Assembly (NCBI GenBank): GCA_964588985.1
Contig: CAZPQW010000019.1
Coordinates: 1 to 64,000, forward strand
Origin: an uncultured Solirubrobacteraceae bacterium
Lineage (GTDB): Bacteria; Actinomycetota; Thermoleophilia; Solirubrobacterales; Solirubrobacteraceae
Direction: 5' to 3'
DNA: 64,000 nt
Position 1 is the stretch's first letter. Every line of letters begins with the position of its first letter. Under the pieces are notes generated by a model. The model searched no databases. It was not told where the DNA came from and was given only the letters and a program-made list of their open reading frames with translations. Positions 30,866-40,994 of this stretch are shown here, piece by piece. The position numbers and the translations under genes are program-made.

Positions 30866-33673
30866 GTGCCGATCTACACACAGGCCCAGGCCGAGGCAAT
30901 CTCCTGCCTCGACGAGCCGCTTCAGATGATCGCGTGTGCCGGCTCGGGGAAGACCCAGGTGATCTCTCAGCGGATCGCATCGATCCTCTCGCTTCCGGGC
31001 GTCGAGCCACGAAACGTCGTCGCGTTCACGTTCACCGAGAAGGCGGCGGCGGAGCTTCAGGACAGGATCTATTTCATCCTCGAGGAGGAGGGCGTAGACC
31101 GGCTCGGGCTGGCAGAGATGTATGTCGGAACGATGCACGGGTACGCCCTCGACCTGTTGCAGCGGCTCGTCCCGGAGACCTTTAAGTTCTCGGTGCTGAC
31201 GGACATCACCTCGCGGCTGCTCGTCGACAGGAACAGCAGGCAGTCCGGCTTGACCGTCTGCCCGACCAGCTCTCCCGGCACGCCTACGCTGCGGCGCTAC
31301 ATCCACTCGAAGCTCTTTCTGCAGGCAACGAGTGTGCTCCGCGAGGACGAGGTCGATGGAGATCTGGTGCCGGAGGGCGTGCAGTCATCGTTCCGCGACT
31401 ACATGAGGTTGATTTTCGAGAAGGCCTATTTCGACTACACCGAGATCATCAACCTCGCAGTTCAGTTTCTCGAGGGAGATGAGGATGACGATGAGGACGC
31501 GGCCAGGATCCGCAGTCACATCCGTGACGACATTCGCTACGTTGTGGTCGACGAGTACCAGGATGTCAACCCGCTTCAAGAGCGTCTCGTCCGGGGGCTG
31601 ACGCAGTTCGGTGCGAACCTTTGTGTCGTCGGAGACGACGATCAGACGATCTACCAGTGGCGTGGGAGCGAGGTCTCGAACATCGTCACGTTCGCCGACC
31701 GGTACGCTGGCGTCCGCCAGGTGACACTCGCCGAGAACTTCCGCTCGAGCGAGGGTGTGGTCGAGGTGGGGAGGTCGATCGCGGAGCAGATCCCCGCCGG
31801 TAGTCGCCTGCCGAAGGCAATGGTGCGCGCTGGCCACCAGACCTGGGACCGAGGTGACTTGATCGCTCGCGACTTCGCCGACGAGGACGAGGAGGCCGCG
31901 TGGATCTGCGATCGCATCGAGGCAATGCGCGGACTTGCCTTTCAGGACACTGCCGACAACGAGGCACGGGGCCTCTCGTGGTCGGACTTCGCCGTGCTGT
32001 TCCGGTCTGTCGCGAAGGACGCGGACCCACTAGTCGCGGAGATGCGGCGGCGCGAAATCCCGTACGTCGTTAAGGGTCTGAATCGCCTCTTCGACAGCCC
32101 GGAGATCACCGCTGTCGTCGGGGCGTTTCGCTATATGGCTGGCCTCGTCGATGCGCCGGCTCTACGGGACCTCTGGCAGGACGCGAACCTTCTCCCCGGG
32201 AACGGCGACTGGGCTGCGGCACTCGCTGTCCTAGAGGACGGTCGCGACTTCGACCGGGGAGAGCGGTGGGGCGTCTACAACATCCAGCGGCTTTACCTCG
32301 ACTTTCTCGCCGCGCTCGGCGTGCGCGAGGAGACGGTTCCGGGTGAACCGGTGCGGCGAGAGCTCGTCTTCTACCAGCTCGGGAAGTTCAGCCAGGCGAT
32401 CTCGGACTTCGAGGCTATCTACTTCAACAGCGAGCCTGCGCGGAAGTACGAGGCGTTCGCGAAGTGGCTCGAGTACCAAGCTCCGGATTACTACGCGGAG
32501 TCCGACGCCGACGTGGGGTATGCGACGCCGGACGCGGTCACGCTCACAACAGTGCATCAGGCCAAGGGCATGCAATGGCCGGCGGTATTCATTCCCTGTC
32601 TGCGCAAGAACCGCTTCCCGTCGAAGCGGCACGGCGGATTGGGCCTCTTCCACGTCATCCCGGAAGCTGCCATCGCCGATGCCGACCGCTACCGCGGCAC
32701 CGTCGAGGACGAGACACGCCTCTTCTATGTTGCAGCCACTCGTGCCCAGAAGTACCTGTTCGTGTCGTTCTCGCCTGGGTCGAACCAGCTCTACAGGAAG
32801 CGGTCGGACTTCTTCGACCACTGCGCGAGCCAGCAGTGGTTCTCAACCAGGGACACGGGTGTGCCGGCGGACGCGCCGCGGCTCGAGCCTCGAGCCCACC
32901 ACGAGACGCCGAACGTAACGCTGTCGTTCTCGGAGCTGAAGTACCTGTTCGAGTGCCCGTACCAGTTCAAGCTGCGCTTCCTCTACGGGTTCAACCCTCC
33001 GCTGCACGAGGCACTTGGCTACGGCAAGGGTCTACACGACGCGCTGTCGGAGCTGCACAAGCGTGCGCTCGCCGGCGACATCGTCGGGAACGACAAAGCC
33101 GAAGATCTCGTCGACCGGCATCTGCACGCTCCGTACGCGTACCCCGCGCTGCGCCAGACGCTGCGCGACGCAGCCGTGAAGTCCGTCCAGCGATATCTCG
33201 ACGAGCACGGCTCGACGCTTGAGAAGACCGTGCACAGCGAGAAGGAGATCCAGGTGCACGTCGCTCCCGGTATCACCGTCGCCGGCCGGATCGACCTCGT
33301 CCGGCGACTGGACACCGACGAGCTCTCGATCGTCGACTTCAAGTCGACTGCTCGCGCACAGGACGAGGACGTGACGCGCGATCAACTGCACGTCTACGCC
33401 GTCGGTTACGAGGAGCTCACCGGCGAGCGGGCGGACCTGATCGAGGTGCTCAACCTCGACGAGGAAGGCAAGACCATCAGGGAGGAGGTCGAAGAGCCGC
33501 TCCTCGTCGGCGTGCGTTCGCAGATCCGCGACGCGGGCGATTCGCTGCGGGAGAACAACCTTCCGCGCCTGGCCTCATGGGGCGAGCAGTGCTCCAAGTG
33601 TGACCTCGCCGAGCTGTGTCGCGATGTTCCTGCATTGGAGAAGGCGTCGCGACGTGCGGCCTCTGGTCGCTAA
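30866..33673 (+). CDS. UvrD-like SF1 helicase fused to C-terminal PD-(D/E)xK nuclease with four Cys
   Basis: ACAGSGKT, TFTEKAA, DEYQD, GDDDQTIYQWRG, TVHQAKG, YVAATRA; ECPYQF, GRIDL, IVDFK, QL.VY, CSKCDLAELC. Confidence 0.92.
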   Translation: MPIYTQAQAEAISCLDEPLQMIACAGSGKTQVISQRIASILSLPGVEPRNVVAFTFTEKAAAELQDRIYFILEEEGVDRLGLAEMYVGTMHGYALDLLQRLVPETFKFSVLTDITSRLLVDRNSRQSGLTVCPTSSPGTPTLRRYIHSKLFLQATSVLREDEVDGDLVPEGVQSSFRDYMRLIFEKAYFDYTEIINLAVQFLEGDEDDDEDAARIRSHIRDDIRYVVVDEYQDVNPLQERLVRGLTQFGANLCVVGDDDQTIYQWRGSEVSNIVTFADRYAGVRQVTLAENFRSSEGVVEVGRSIAEQIPAGSRLPKAMVRAGHQTWDRGDLIARDFADEDEEAAWICDRIEAMRGLAFQDTADNEARGLSWSDFAVLFRSVAKDADPLVAEMRRREIPYVVKGLNRLFDSPEITAVVGAFRYMAGLVDAPALRDLWQDANLLPGNGDWAAALAVLEDGRDFDRGERWGVYNIQRLYLDFLAALGVREETVPGEPVRRELVFYQLGKFSQAISDFEAIYFNSEPARKYEAFAKWLEYQAPDYYAESDADVGYATPDAVTLTTVHQAKGMQWPAVFIPCLRKNRFPSKRHGGLGLFHVIPEAAIADADRYRGTVEDETRLFYVAATRAQKYLFVSFSPGSNQLYRKRSDFFDHCASQQWFSTRDTGVPADAPRLEPRAHHETPNVTLSFSELKYLFECPYQFKLRFLYGFNPPLHEALGYGKGLHDALSELHKRALAGDIVGNDKAEDLVDRHLHAPYAYPALRQTLRDAAVKSVQRYLDEHGSTLEKTVHSEKEIQVHVAPGITVAGRIDLVRRLDTDELSIVDFKSTARAQDEDVTRDQLHVYAVGYEELTGERADLIEVLNLDEEGKTIREEVEEPLLVGVRSQIRDAGDSLRENNLPRLASWGEQCSKCDLAELCRDVPALEKASRRAASGR

Positions 33674-33747
33674 GGTCTGGGATTCAGAACGTATGCGGCC
33701 ATCAGGCTAATCCCGCGGGTCACTGCGACGCCATTTCTGTGCCGGAC

Positions 33748-33777
33748 TTGACATTCTTCCAAAGAGCGGGATAAGCT
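33748..33777 (+). promoter_or_regulatory. Sigma70-type promoter, probably giving a leaderless transcript
   Basis: TTGACA-N18-TAAGCT with ATG starting 7 nt downstream and no RBS. Confidence 0.55.
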
Positions 33778-33783
33778 CATGAA

Positions 33784-34716
33784 ATGGATGTCGGGAGGCA
33801 GGTTTTCCGTTTCTCGATTCCTGGTTCTATTCTGCTTCTCTGGATGTCCATAGGCGTGGTCCTGATGCGCGTAATCGCGGGCGTCTCCCTGACGACAGCC
33901 ACAGGGCCACTGCGTGAGAACCTTTCCGCGTTTGCCGCGATTTTGGCAGCGATTCCAGTGGGGTTCATCGTATATCAGGTCTATTATGTCTTTTATCGGC
34001 CAATGTTCCTGGGCTGGCCAATGATCTGGTACGGGCGATGGATTCGTCTGGATAGGGCATCCCAAGTGCTGTCGCACTTCGAGGAGGATCAAATTCAAGC
34101 TTTGCGAGAGCTTTTTGGTGCTCAGTTGGATGTGTCTAAGCCTCACGAGCACGAGAAGCTGTGGCCATTTAGATATCTCCGGCTACTCAGATTTTCTCAA
34201 GAGTATCTTGATCGCTTTGAAGGCAAGGCTGATGCGCGTGCGGCATATCGTGCCCGATGGCATGGTAACTGGGATGTATTGCGTGCCGTTATCGATATCA
34301 GCGAGGCCAGTGACGCAACGAGTGGCGTGAAGCGGGAATACGCGAACCTTGCAGACATTTATCATTCTCTGGGAGCTACGCGCATGGCTATTTGGGGCGC
34401 GTGGTTTGCGAGTGCTGGGGTGACGCTCGCCGCTACGGTTAACCTGCACGAACCGCTCGCGAATTGGTTGTACGGCTTGCTTGCCTACTCGTTCATAACC
34501 GCCGTCATCCTTGTGGTCATGCACGAGACTCGAAGGCAGACCTGGAATTCCGCATCGAAATCCCTTCTTTTTGGACTGCGGTGGATTCTTGACAACCATC
34601 CGGAGCTGTTTGAACCAGCGCCGCAAGAGAGCGAGTCATCTCAGGCCGGGCCCCTAAAGCGCCTCCGACGACGTGTCCCGTGGCGCCCGTCAGTTGCCGA
34701 GCCGGAGGAAAGCTGA
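33784..34716 (+). CDS. Low-GC hypothetical membrane protein (about 4 TM)
   Basis: 310-aa ORF with two hydrophobic helix pairs around a soluble domain; many T/A-ending codons. Confidence 0.75.
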   Translation: MDVGRQVFRFSIPGSILLLWMSIGVVLMRVIAGVSLTTATGPLRENLSAFAAILAAIPVGFIVYQVYYVFYRPMFLGWPMIWYGRWIRLDRASQVLSHFEEDQIQALRELFGAQLDVSKPHEHEKLWPFRYLRLLRFSQEYLDRFEGKADARAAYRARWHGNWDVLRAVIDISEASDATSGVKREYANLADIYHSLGATRMAIWGAWFASAGVTLAATVNLHEPLANWLYGLLAYSFITAVILVVMHETRRQTWNSASKSLLFGLRWILDNHPELFEPAPQESESSQAGPLKRLRRRVPWRPSVAEPEES

Positions 34717-34801
34717 TCGCTGGGCACCCGCGCGGCTGAGGCATCCTCGGGACATCGGGGTACAGTTCCCAGAATGCATGGCGCCTGTGGCGGTTCAGGA
34801 G

Positions 34802-34830
34802 TGGAGCCAGCCAGACTCGAACCGACCTCT
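34802..34830 (-). other. Degenerate tRNA 3' fragment (att-site-like remnant)
   Basis: Minus strand reads AGAGGTCGGTTCGAGTCTGGCTGGCTCCA: T-loop GTTCGA plus acceptor 3' strand ending TCCA (Ala-like); no 5' half. Confidence 0.6.
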
Positions 34831-34837
34831 GCTTCCC

Positions 34838-35587
34838 TCACCCCCCGGCAATAACCCCAAAGTCCTGCGTATAGATCCCGCCGCTCATCCCGCCCCCCAA
34901 CGCCCGCGGCGGATGCGACGAAACCCCGATCCCCGTGTCCCTGAAGTGCCCATCGAGAATGTTCGCGCGGTGCAACGGCGAGGCCATCCACGCGGCGACG
35001 ATCGACCGCGGCGTGCCCAGCCACAGCGTGCCCCATGCGATGTTCTCGCCGACCTGGAAGCTGTGTGAGCCGGAGATGTAGCCGGCTTCGCGCATCCGCT
35101 GCAGCGGCGTCTGGCCGCCCGGGCCGGTGTGTTCGAAGTAGTCGTTGACGACCATGCTCGTCGTGTGCCCCTGCGCCGCCTGCTGTAGCTGCGGGTTTGC
35201 GACGAGCGGCGTCTCGCCGTGCGCCGCACGTTCGCGGTTTACCAGGCAGAGCGTCGCTGCACGGATCAGTTCGAGGTTCTGCGTCGTGGGCGCAAGCCCG
35301 GCGTTCGCGCAGCCATCGGTGCCGCTGTCCGCTGACTTGGAGAGCGCGGTGACGGTGCTCGTGGAGCGGTTGACGGCTTTGGAGTGGTGCTTCACGCAGC
35401 TGACGTGAACGCGTCGCTTCGAGTGCTTTCGCGCCTTTACCGAGTGTGCATACCTGCCGCAGCGCGTCGCCCGATGGGCGCGCTTGTGCGTGCTCGAGGT
35501 TGCGCCGAGCGCGAGCGATCCGCCGTCGAGGGCGGCGAGGCTGAGGACGGCGATCACGGCAAGGCAGAGGAGGCGTAGTCGAGCCAC
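34838..35587 (-). CDS. Secreted CAP (SCP) domain protein
   Basis: Signal peptide; CLVNRERA.HG, YFEH, GENIAWG, WMASPLHRANIL. Confidence 0.9.
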   Translation of the reverse strand: MARLRLLCLAVIAVLSLAALDGGSLALGATSSTHKRAHRATRCGRYAHSVKARKHSKRRVHVSCVKHHSKAVNRSTSTVTALSKSADSGTDGCANAGLAPTTQNLELIRAATLCLVNRERAAHGETPLVANPQLQQAAQGHTTSMVVNDYFEHTGPGGQTPLQRMREAGYISGSHSFQVGENIAWGTLWLGTPRSIVAAWMASPLHRANILDGHFRDTGIGVSSHPPRALGGGMSGGIYTQDFGVIAGG

Positions 35588-35647
35588 ATGGCCCTATCGG
35601 GCCACATGTGCGCGAACATGAGTAGTGCAGCGGAGGTTTGGACAGGT

Positions 35648-37811
35648 TCATCTCGCCGCGGTTGCGCCTGGGACGATCTCGGCCTCCACCTCGACGCCCC
35701 GCCAGCGGTCGCCATGGGCGACCTCGAGGACCAGCTGCGGGCCCGGATGTGGGTTGGAGCGCTGCGGTTTCCCGGGCGCCACTCTCACCCTCGCATCGCG
35801 TGACGCGCGCAGGAGCCGCACCGAGTAACCGCTCTGTCCGGAGCCGCAACGCAGCACGAACCTCGAGACGGACGACAGGGCAAGCTCGTGGCGGTTCCCG
35901 GCCGACAGGACCACCGTCCTATGGCTCTTCAGCACCGCGACGATGGTCGCGCCGGACGCCCAAGTGGGGAAGCGGACGGTCGCCTGGAGGTGCTCGCTCC
36001 CGCGCTTGCGCTCGATCTGCCATCGGGTACGAATTCGCTCGGCCTCGAACGTGTGCGTCGTGCGCACGCTCAGCGAGCCCTGACGGATCTCGCCGACGCA
36101 TTGGATCTCCTCGAAGCCGCCCGCGTACGGGTGCGCGGGGTGCAGCGCGCCCTCACCGGCCCGTGAGGGCGAGCGGCGGGTCACCGCTAGCGGCGGCGTG
36201 GCGCCCGCGGCGCGACGCGGCGTCTGCGACGCGACGCGGCGTCTGCGACGCGAGCACCGTGCGGTTGCCGTCCGAGATCGTCACCCCGAACCCGGCCGCT
36301 CCGTACGGACCGATCCCGCCCGCCACTCGTTGCCCGCTGTCGAACAGTCGCGCGAGCTCGATGCCGCCGTATGGAAACGCGCCGTTGCTCACCGCGACCA
36401 CGGCCGTGTTGTAGACCGGCGTCGTGATCGCCAGCCGGCCGATCCCGCGGTCGTACGCGTACAGGGGCGGAGGTCGCTCGCCGTGCGCATGCCCGAGACC
36501 GTCGTGGACGGCACGCGCCGCCTGGGACTGGAACCGTGTCGCGAACAGCCAGTGCGCAGGAAACTGGTCGCGCTTCGGCATGAACACCGGGCTCGCCGGG
36601 GTGCGCTCGGAGGGGCCGGCCTCGAGCGCCAGGCGCTGGTAGGTGCCGAGCGCGCGATCGAAGATGTACTTGGCCCACGAGCCGAGCTCTGGGCTGCGCA
36701 GCTCCGTCGGAGCATTCGCGATAGCCAGCAGGCCGTCGAGGGCGAACGCCCAGTAGCGCCCCGCGTGCCAGCGCGCGAGGAACATGCCGGTGTCCCAATT
36801 GAGGTAGCCGCTGTGCGTCCAATAGGCGGGGATCGCGTGCGCGATCCAGCCTCGCAGGGTGCGCAGCTGCTGCGCCGGCAGCGGCTCCATTCCTGCGGCC
36901 CGCGCCTGGGCATAACCGGCGATGACGCCGAGCACGAGGTTGGCGTACTCGGCCGACTCGATGTTTTCCGGGGCGCCGGCGGGCGCAAACGGATTGCGGT
37001 GGAAGCTGTAGCTGCGGCTGAGGTTGGATATCGACCAGGGAGCGGCCGGTCTCTCGCAGCCCTCCAGGAAACGGCACAGCTGGCGGCGGTAGTCGTTGCG
37101 CAGCAGGTCCGTGCGTCCTGCGACCTCCGCCGCGTACGCGTACATCTCGCACTGCCAGTTGCACTGGTTCAGGCGCACGCTCGGGTAGCGGAAGAAGGGG
37201 CCGGCGGCCATCGCCGCGACCTCGTGCTCGATCGTGGCCACGTCGGTTGACGGGAGGCCGAGCACGTCGCGGGCGCGCCACGCGAACACGAGGCCCTCGG
37301 TCATCTCGGGATCCACCGCCACGTGCTGGAGGCTGTCGAGGCTCGACATGCTGGAGACGAATCCCGGCGTGTGTCGCTGTCCAGGGCCTTGGCTGCCCCA
37401 CTTCCCGCCGGGTCGATACGGCGGGCTTCGCAGCATGCGCGCGACGAGCGACCGCGCGCGATCGTCCTGGCGTGTGGGGCCCACGTGGCCCGCTAGCGCA
37501 GCGATCGAATGCGTGATCAGCATCCCCGCGTTGACTCGTCCGTCGTCGCCATAGCAGCCGGTGCTTGGGTCCCAGAGATGCTCCATGCCCGGCTGACACC
37601 AGTCCGCGAACGCCCAGTAGTCGCCGTCGCCGTACTGCTGCGCCAGTCGCGGCGGCGAAGAGGCGGCGGCCGGCGCGGGAGCCATCGCCCATTCGATGGC
37701 GGCCGCGCCCGGCAGCGAGGCGACCACGCCGGCGGCGCCGAGGCCGGCGGCGCCGAGGCCGGCGGCGCGCGCGAGCAGCTCTCTCCGCGTAGTTTCTCCG
37801 GTGTCCGTCAC
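35648..37811 (-). pseudogene. Tat-exported large hypothetical protein, apparently frameshifted near 36160
   Basis: TRRELL Tat motif; ORF 36153-37811 stops at ...PPLALTGR* while the overlapping frame continues RAGEGALHPAHPYAGGF... to 35648. Confidence 0.6.
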
Positions 37812-37858
37812 GGGGCGAGCGTAACTCCGACGACCCGGGCGTCAAAGCGCCGGGCCGA

Positions 37859-39004
37859 CTACAACCCGAGTATCCGCCCGAGGATTTCGCGCATGATCTC
37901 GTCGCTGCCGCCGCCGATCGGGCCCAGGCGCGAGTCGCGCGCCGCGCGCTCCACCCAATACTCCTTCATGTAACCCGCGCCGCCGTGGATCTGCAGGCAC
38001 GCGTCCATGAGGTCGAACGACGCGCGCTGGGTGAGCAGCTTCGCCATCGTGACCTCCTTCAGCGGTTCCTCGCCCGCGACGAAGCGCCGCAGCGCGTCGT
38101 AGGTCACGCAGCGGCACGTGTACACCGAGGTGGCGAGGTCGGCGAGCTTGTGGCGGATCGCCTGGTGGCCCGTCAGCGGCTTGCCGAACGCGTTGCGCTC
38201 CTTCGCGAACTCCGCCGTACGCTCCCACGCGAGCTGCATAGCCCCCACCGCGCCGAGCGCCATCGCGAGCCGCTCCCACTGGAAGTTGGCCATGATCAGC
38301 TTGAAGCCCTCGTTCAGAGGCCCCAGCAGATTCTCCTCGGGCACGAACACGTCCTGGTAGCTGATCGTGGCGGTGTCCGAGGCGTGCCAGCCGAGCTTCT
38401 CCAGCTTCGAGGACTCCACGCCCTCGCCGCGGTCCACGATCAGGAACGACATGCCGTGGTGGCCGCCCTCCGCGGTGGTCTTCACTGCGGTCACGATGAA
38501 GTGCGCGCGCACGCCGTTGGTGATGTAGGTCTTCTCCCCGTTCACCACCCAGCCGCCGTCCACCCGCTCGGCGCGCGTCGTGATCGCGGCGACATCCGAG
38601 CCGGCACCAGGCTCGGTGATGCCGAGCGCTCCCAGCTTCTCTCCCTTGATTGCCGGTACGAGGTAGCGCTGCTTCTGCTCCTCGCTGCCGAACTTCCAGA
38701 TCGGCGGGGTGGCGATGTTGATGTGCGCGCCGATCCCTGCGGCCGTGCCGCCCGAGCCCGTGCGCGCGAGCTCCTCGCACAGCACAGCCTCGTGCAGGTA
38801 GTCGCCGCCCTGCCCGCCGTACTCCTCCGGGTACTTCAGCCCCAGCAGGCCCTGCGCGGCGAGCTTCGGGAAGACCTCGTCGGGGAACCAGCGCGCGTCC
38901 TCCCACTCCTGCGCATGGGGCGTCAGCTCGCGCTCGATGAAGCCGCGGGCCGACTGTCTCAGCTCTTCATGCTCGTCGGAGAAGGGAGGAGTGGTAGTGG
39001 TCAT
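37859..39004 (-). CDS. Acyl-CoA dehydrogenase
   Basis: ITEPGAGSD, NGEKTYITNG, QIHGGAGY, IGGGSDEI. Confidence 0.95.
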   Translation of the reverse strand: MTTTTPPFSDEHEELRQSARGFIERELTPHAQEWEDARWFPDEVFPKLAAQGLLGLKYPEEYGGQGGDYLHEAVLCEELARTGSGGTAAGIGAHINIATPPIWKFGSEEQKQRYLVPAIKGEKLGALGITEPGAGSDVAAITTRAERVDGGWVVNGEKTYITNGVRAHFIVTAVKTTAEGGHHGMSFLIVDRGEGVESSKLEKLGWHASDTATISYQDVFVPEENLLGPLNEGFKLIMANFQWERLAMALGAVGAMQLAWERTAEFAKERNAFGKPLTGHQAIRHKLADLATSVYTCRCVTYDALRRFVAGEEPLKEVTMAKLLTQRASFDLMDACLQIHGGAGYMKEYWVERAARDSRLGPIGGGSDEIMREILGRILGL

Positions 39005-39062
39005 CGACAGCCGTCGCAACGCTGATATGCCTGATGTTGGGTCATCTGGCTATATTAATATC

Positions 39063-39278
39063 GTGCGGCGAACAACATTGGACATCGATGAGGATATGCT
39101 CGCGAAAGCGAGAGAGATACTCGGAACTCGAGGCGTGAAGGACACCGTAGACGAGGCGCTGCGTGAGGTGGTGCGCCGCGAGGCGGGTACGCGCATCATC
39201 GAGTGGCTGAAGGAGAACGAGGATCTGCAGAATCCCGAGATCATGGAACGCGCGTGGCCGCCGCCGCTCATCTCGTAG
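39063..39278 (+). CDS. vapB: VapB-family antitoxin
   Basis: MRRTTLDIDEDMLAKAREILG...KDTVDEALR. Confidence 0.88.
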   Translation: MRRTTLDIDEDMLAKAREILGTRGVKDTVDEALREVVRREAGTRIIEWLKENEDLQNPEIMERAWPPPLIS

Positions 39279-39676
39279 ACAACAGCGTCTTGACTCGCAT
39301 GGGGAAGGGCCCCGTTGCATCGCGGATCGAGCCGATGATCGTGTCGGGCACGTTGGCGACCTGCTCGATGACAGATCTCGAGCTTCTGTTCAGCGCTCGT
39401 AACGGCGAGGAGCACCGCGCGCGACGCGACGATTTCGCATTGCGGTTCCTCCATGTGCAACTCGACCAGCGGATGTTCGACCGTGCGATCGAAGTCCAAG
39501 GACTGCTCGCCGAGAAGGCTCAGCACCGCGCGGCGAGCATCCCCGACCTCGTCGTAGCGGCCGCGGCTGAGCACGCGGGGCTCACGGTGCTCCACTACGA
39601 CGCCGACTTCGACCTGATCGCCACGGTCACCGCGCAGCCGACCGAGTGGGTCGTGCCGCGCGGCTCCGTCGACTGA
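39254..39676 (+). CDS. vapC: VapC PIN-domain toxin
   Basis: HLVDNS, TDLELLFSAR, IPDLVVAA.AE, LHYDADFD. Confidence 0.92.
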   Translation: MAAAAHLVDNSVLTRMGKGPVASRIEPMIVSGTLATCSMTDLELLFSARNGEEHRARRDDFALRFLHVQLDQRMFDRAIEVQGLLAEKAQHRAASIPDLVVAAAAEHAGLTVLHYDADFDLIATVTAQPTEWVVPRGSVD

Positions 39677-39686
39677 GCGTCGTCTA

Positions 39687-40877
39687 TCACAGGCCGTAGG
39701 AGCGGCCGATGACGTCGAGCATGATCTCGTCGGTGCCCGCGCCGATGCGGTTCAGGCGCGCGTCGCGCCACACGCGCTCGACGCCGTACTCGCGCATGTA
39801 GCCCGCGCCGCCGTGGATCTGGATGCATTCGTCGGCCACTTCGCACAGCACGCGCGAGGCGTGGAGCTTCGCCATCGAGATCTCCCGCACGGGGTACTCG
39901 CCGTTGTTGAAACGCCACGCCGTGATGTAGGTCATCTGCCGCGCCGACTCGATTTTGGTGGCCATCTCCGCGAACTTGTGGCGAATCACCTGGAACTTGC
40001 CGATTTCGCGGCCGAACGCCTTGCGCTCGTGCGCGTACTGCAGCGTCCGTTCGAAGCACTTCTGCGCACCGGCCACCATGCCCGCGGCGCCGATCAGGCG
40101 CTCGCCCTGGAGCTCCCACATGATGTGGTAGAAGCCCTTGCCCACCTGGCCGAGCACCGCGGATGCCGGCACGCGCACGTCCTGGAACGCCAGGAGCGCG
40201 GTGTCCGAGGCGTGCATGCCGAGCTTCTCGAGCCGCTTCTCGCGGATCACGCCCGGAGCGTCCATCGGCACGAGGAACAGCGTGAAGCCGTCATAGCCCG
40301 CGTCGGAGTCGGTCTTCGTCACGAGCACGATCACGTCCGCGCGATGGCCGTTCGTGATGTAGGTCTTCGAGCCGTTGATGATGTAGTCGTCGCCGTCCTT
40401 CACGGCTCTCGTCTTGATGCCTTTCACATCCGAGCCGGCGTCGGGCTCGGTGATGCCGAGGCACAGGATCTTCTCGCCCTTGATCGCGGGCACCACCCAC
40501 TCCTGCTTCTGCTCCTCTGAGCCGAACGCGAGGATCGGCGGCATCGCCATGTCGGTGTGGACCGCGATGCCCATCGCGAGCCCCCCGGAGTTGCCGTTGG
40601 TGATCTCCTCCGCCAGCACCAGCGCGGTGTAGTAGTCGCCGCCCTGACCGCCGTACTGCTCCGGCTTGTCGAGACCGAGGAAGCCCAGTTCGCCCATGCG
40701 CGCGAACACCGAGTCGGGGAATGTCGTCTCCTCCCACTCTTCGGCGTGCGGCGCCAGCTCTTTGGTGGCGAAGTTGCGGATCGACTCGCGCAGCTGTTCG
40801 TGCTCGTCGGTGAAGAGGAAGTGCTTGCGTGCGGCTTGGAAGTCGGGCTTGCGCACGCTCTCGTCGGTGGCGGCCAT
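39687..40877 (-). CDS. Acyl-CoA dehydrogenase
   Basis: ITEPDAGSD, NGSKTYITNG, QIHGGAGY, IGAGTDEI; GGAG RBS. Confidence 0.95.
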   Translation of the reverse strand: MAATDESVRKPDFQAARKHFLFTDEHEQLRESIRNFATKELAPHAEEWEETTFPDSVFARMGELGFLGLDKPEQYGGQGGDYYTALVLAEEITNGNSGGLAMGIAVHTDMAMPPILAFGSEEQKQEWVVPAIKGEKILCLGITEPDAGSDVKGIKTRAVKDGDDYIINGSKTYITNGHRADVIVLVTKTDSDAGYDGFTLFLVPMDAPGVIREKRLEKLGMHASDTALLAFQDVRVPASAVLGQVGKGFYHIMWELQGERLIGAAGMVAGAQKCFERTLQYAHERKAFGREIGKFQVIRHKFAEMATKIESARQMTYITAWRFNNGEYPVREISMAKLHASRVLCEVADECIQIHGGAGYMREYGVERVWRDARLNRIGAGTDEIMLDVIGRSYGL

Positions 40878-40944
40878 CTGGGAGGGTCTCCTTGGTCGTT
40901 TCGGGTCCGCGCGCAAGCTACCGCAAGCGGCGTCAAAAGTAAAT

Positions 40945-40960
40945 AGTACAACTGTGTACT
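40945..40960. promoter_or_regulatory. Palindrome AGTACA-N4-TGTACT in divergent promoter (candidate MerR-family operator)
   Basis: Perfect 6-bp dyad in an AT-rich intergenic region. Confidence 0.55.
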
Positions 40961-40994
40961 TCCAACGATCGCAAGTTCTGGTTAGGATGCGCGC

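Noticed and set aside
37725-37770. Tandem GCCGAGGCCGGCGGC repeats
   Set aside because: They encode AAGLG repeats in the Tat signal peptide; not CRISPR-like.
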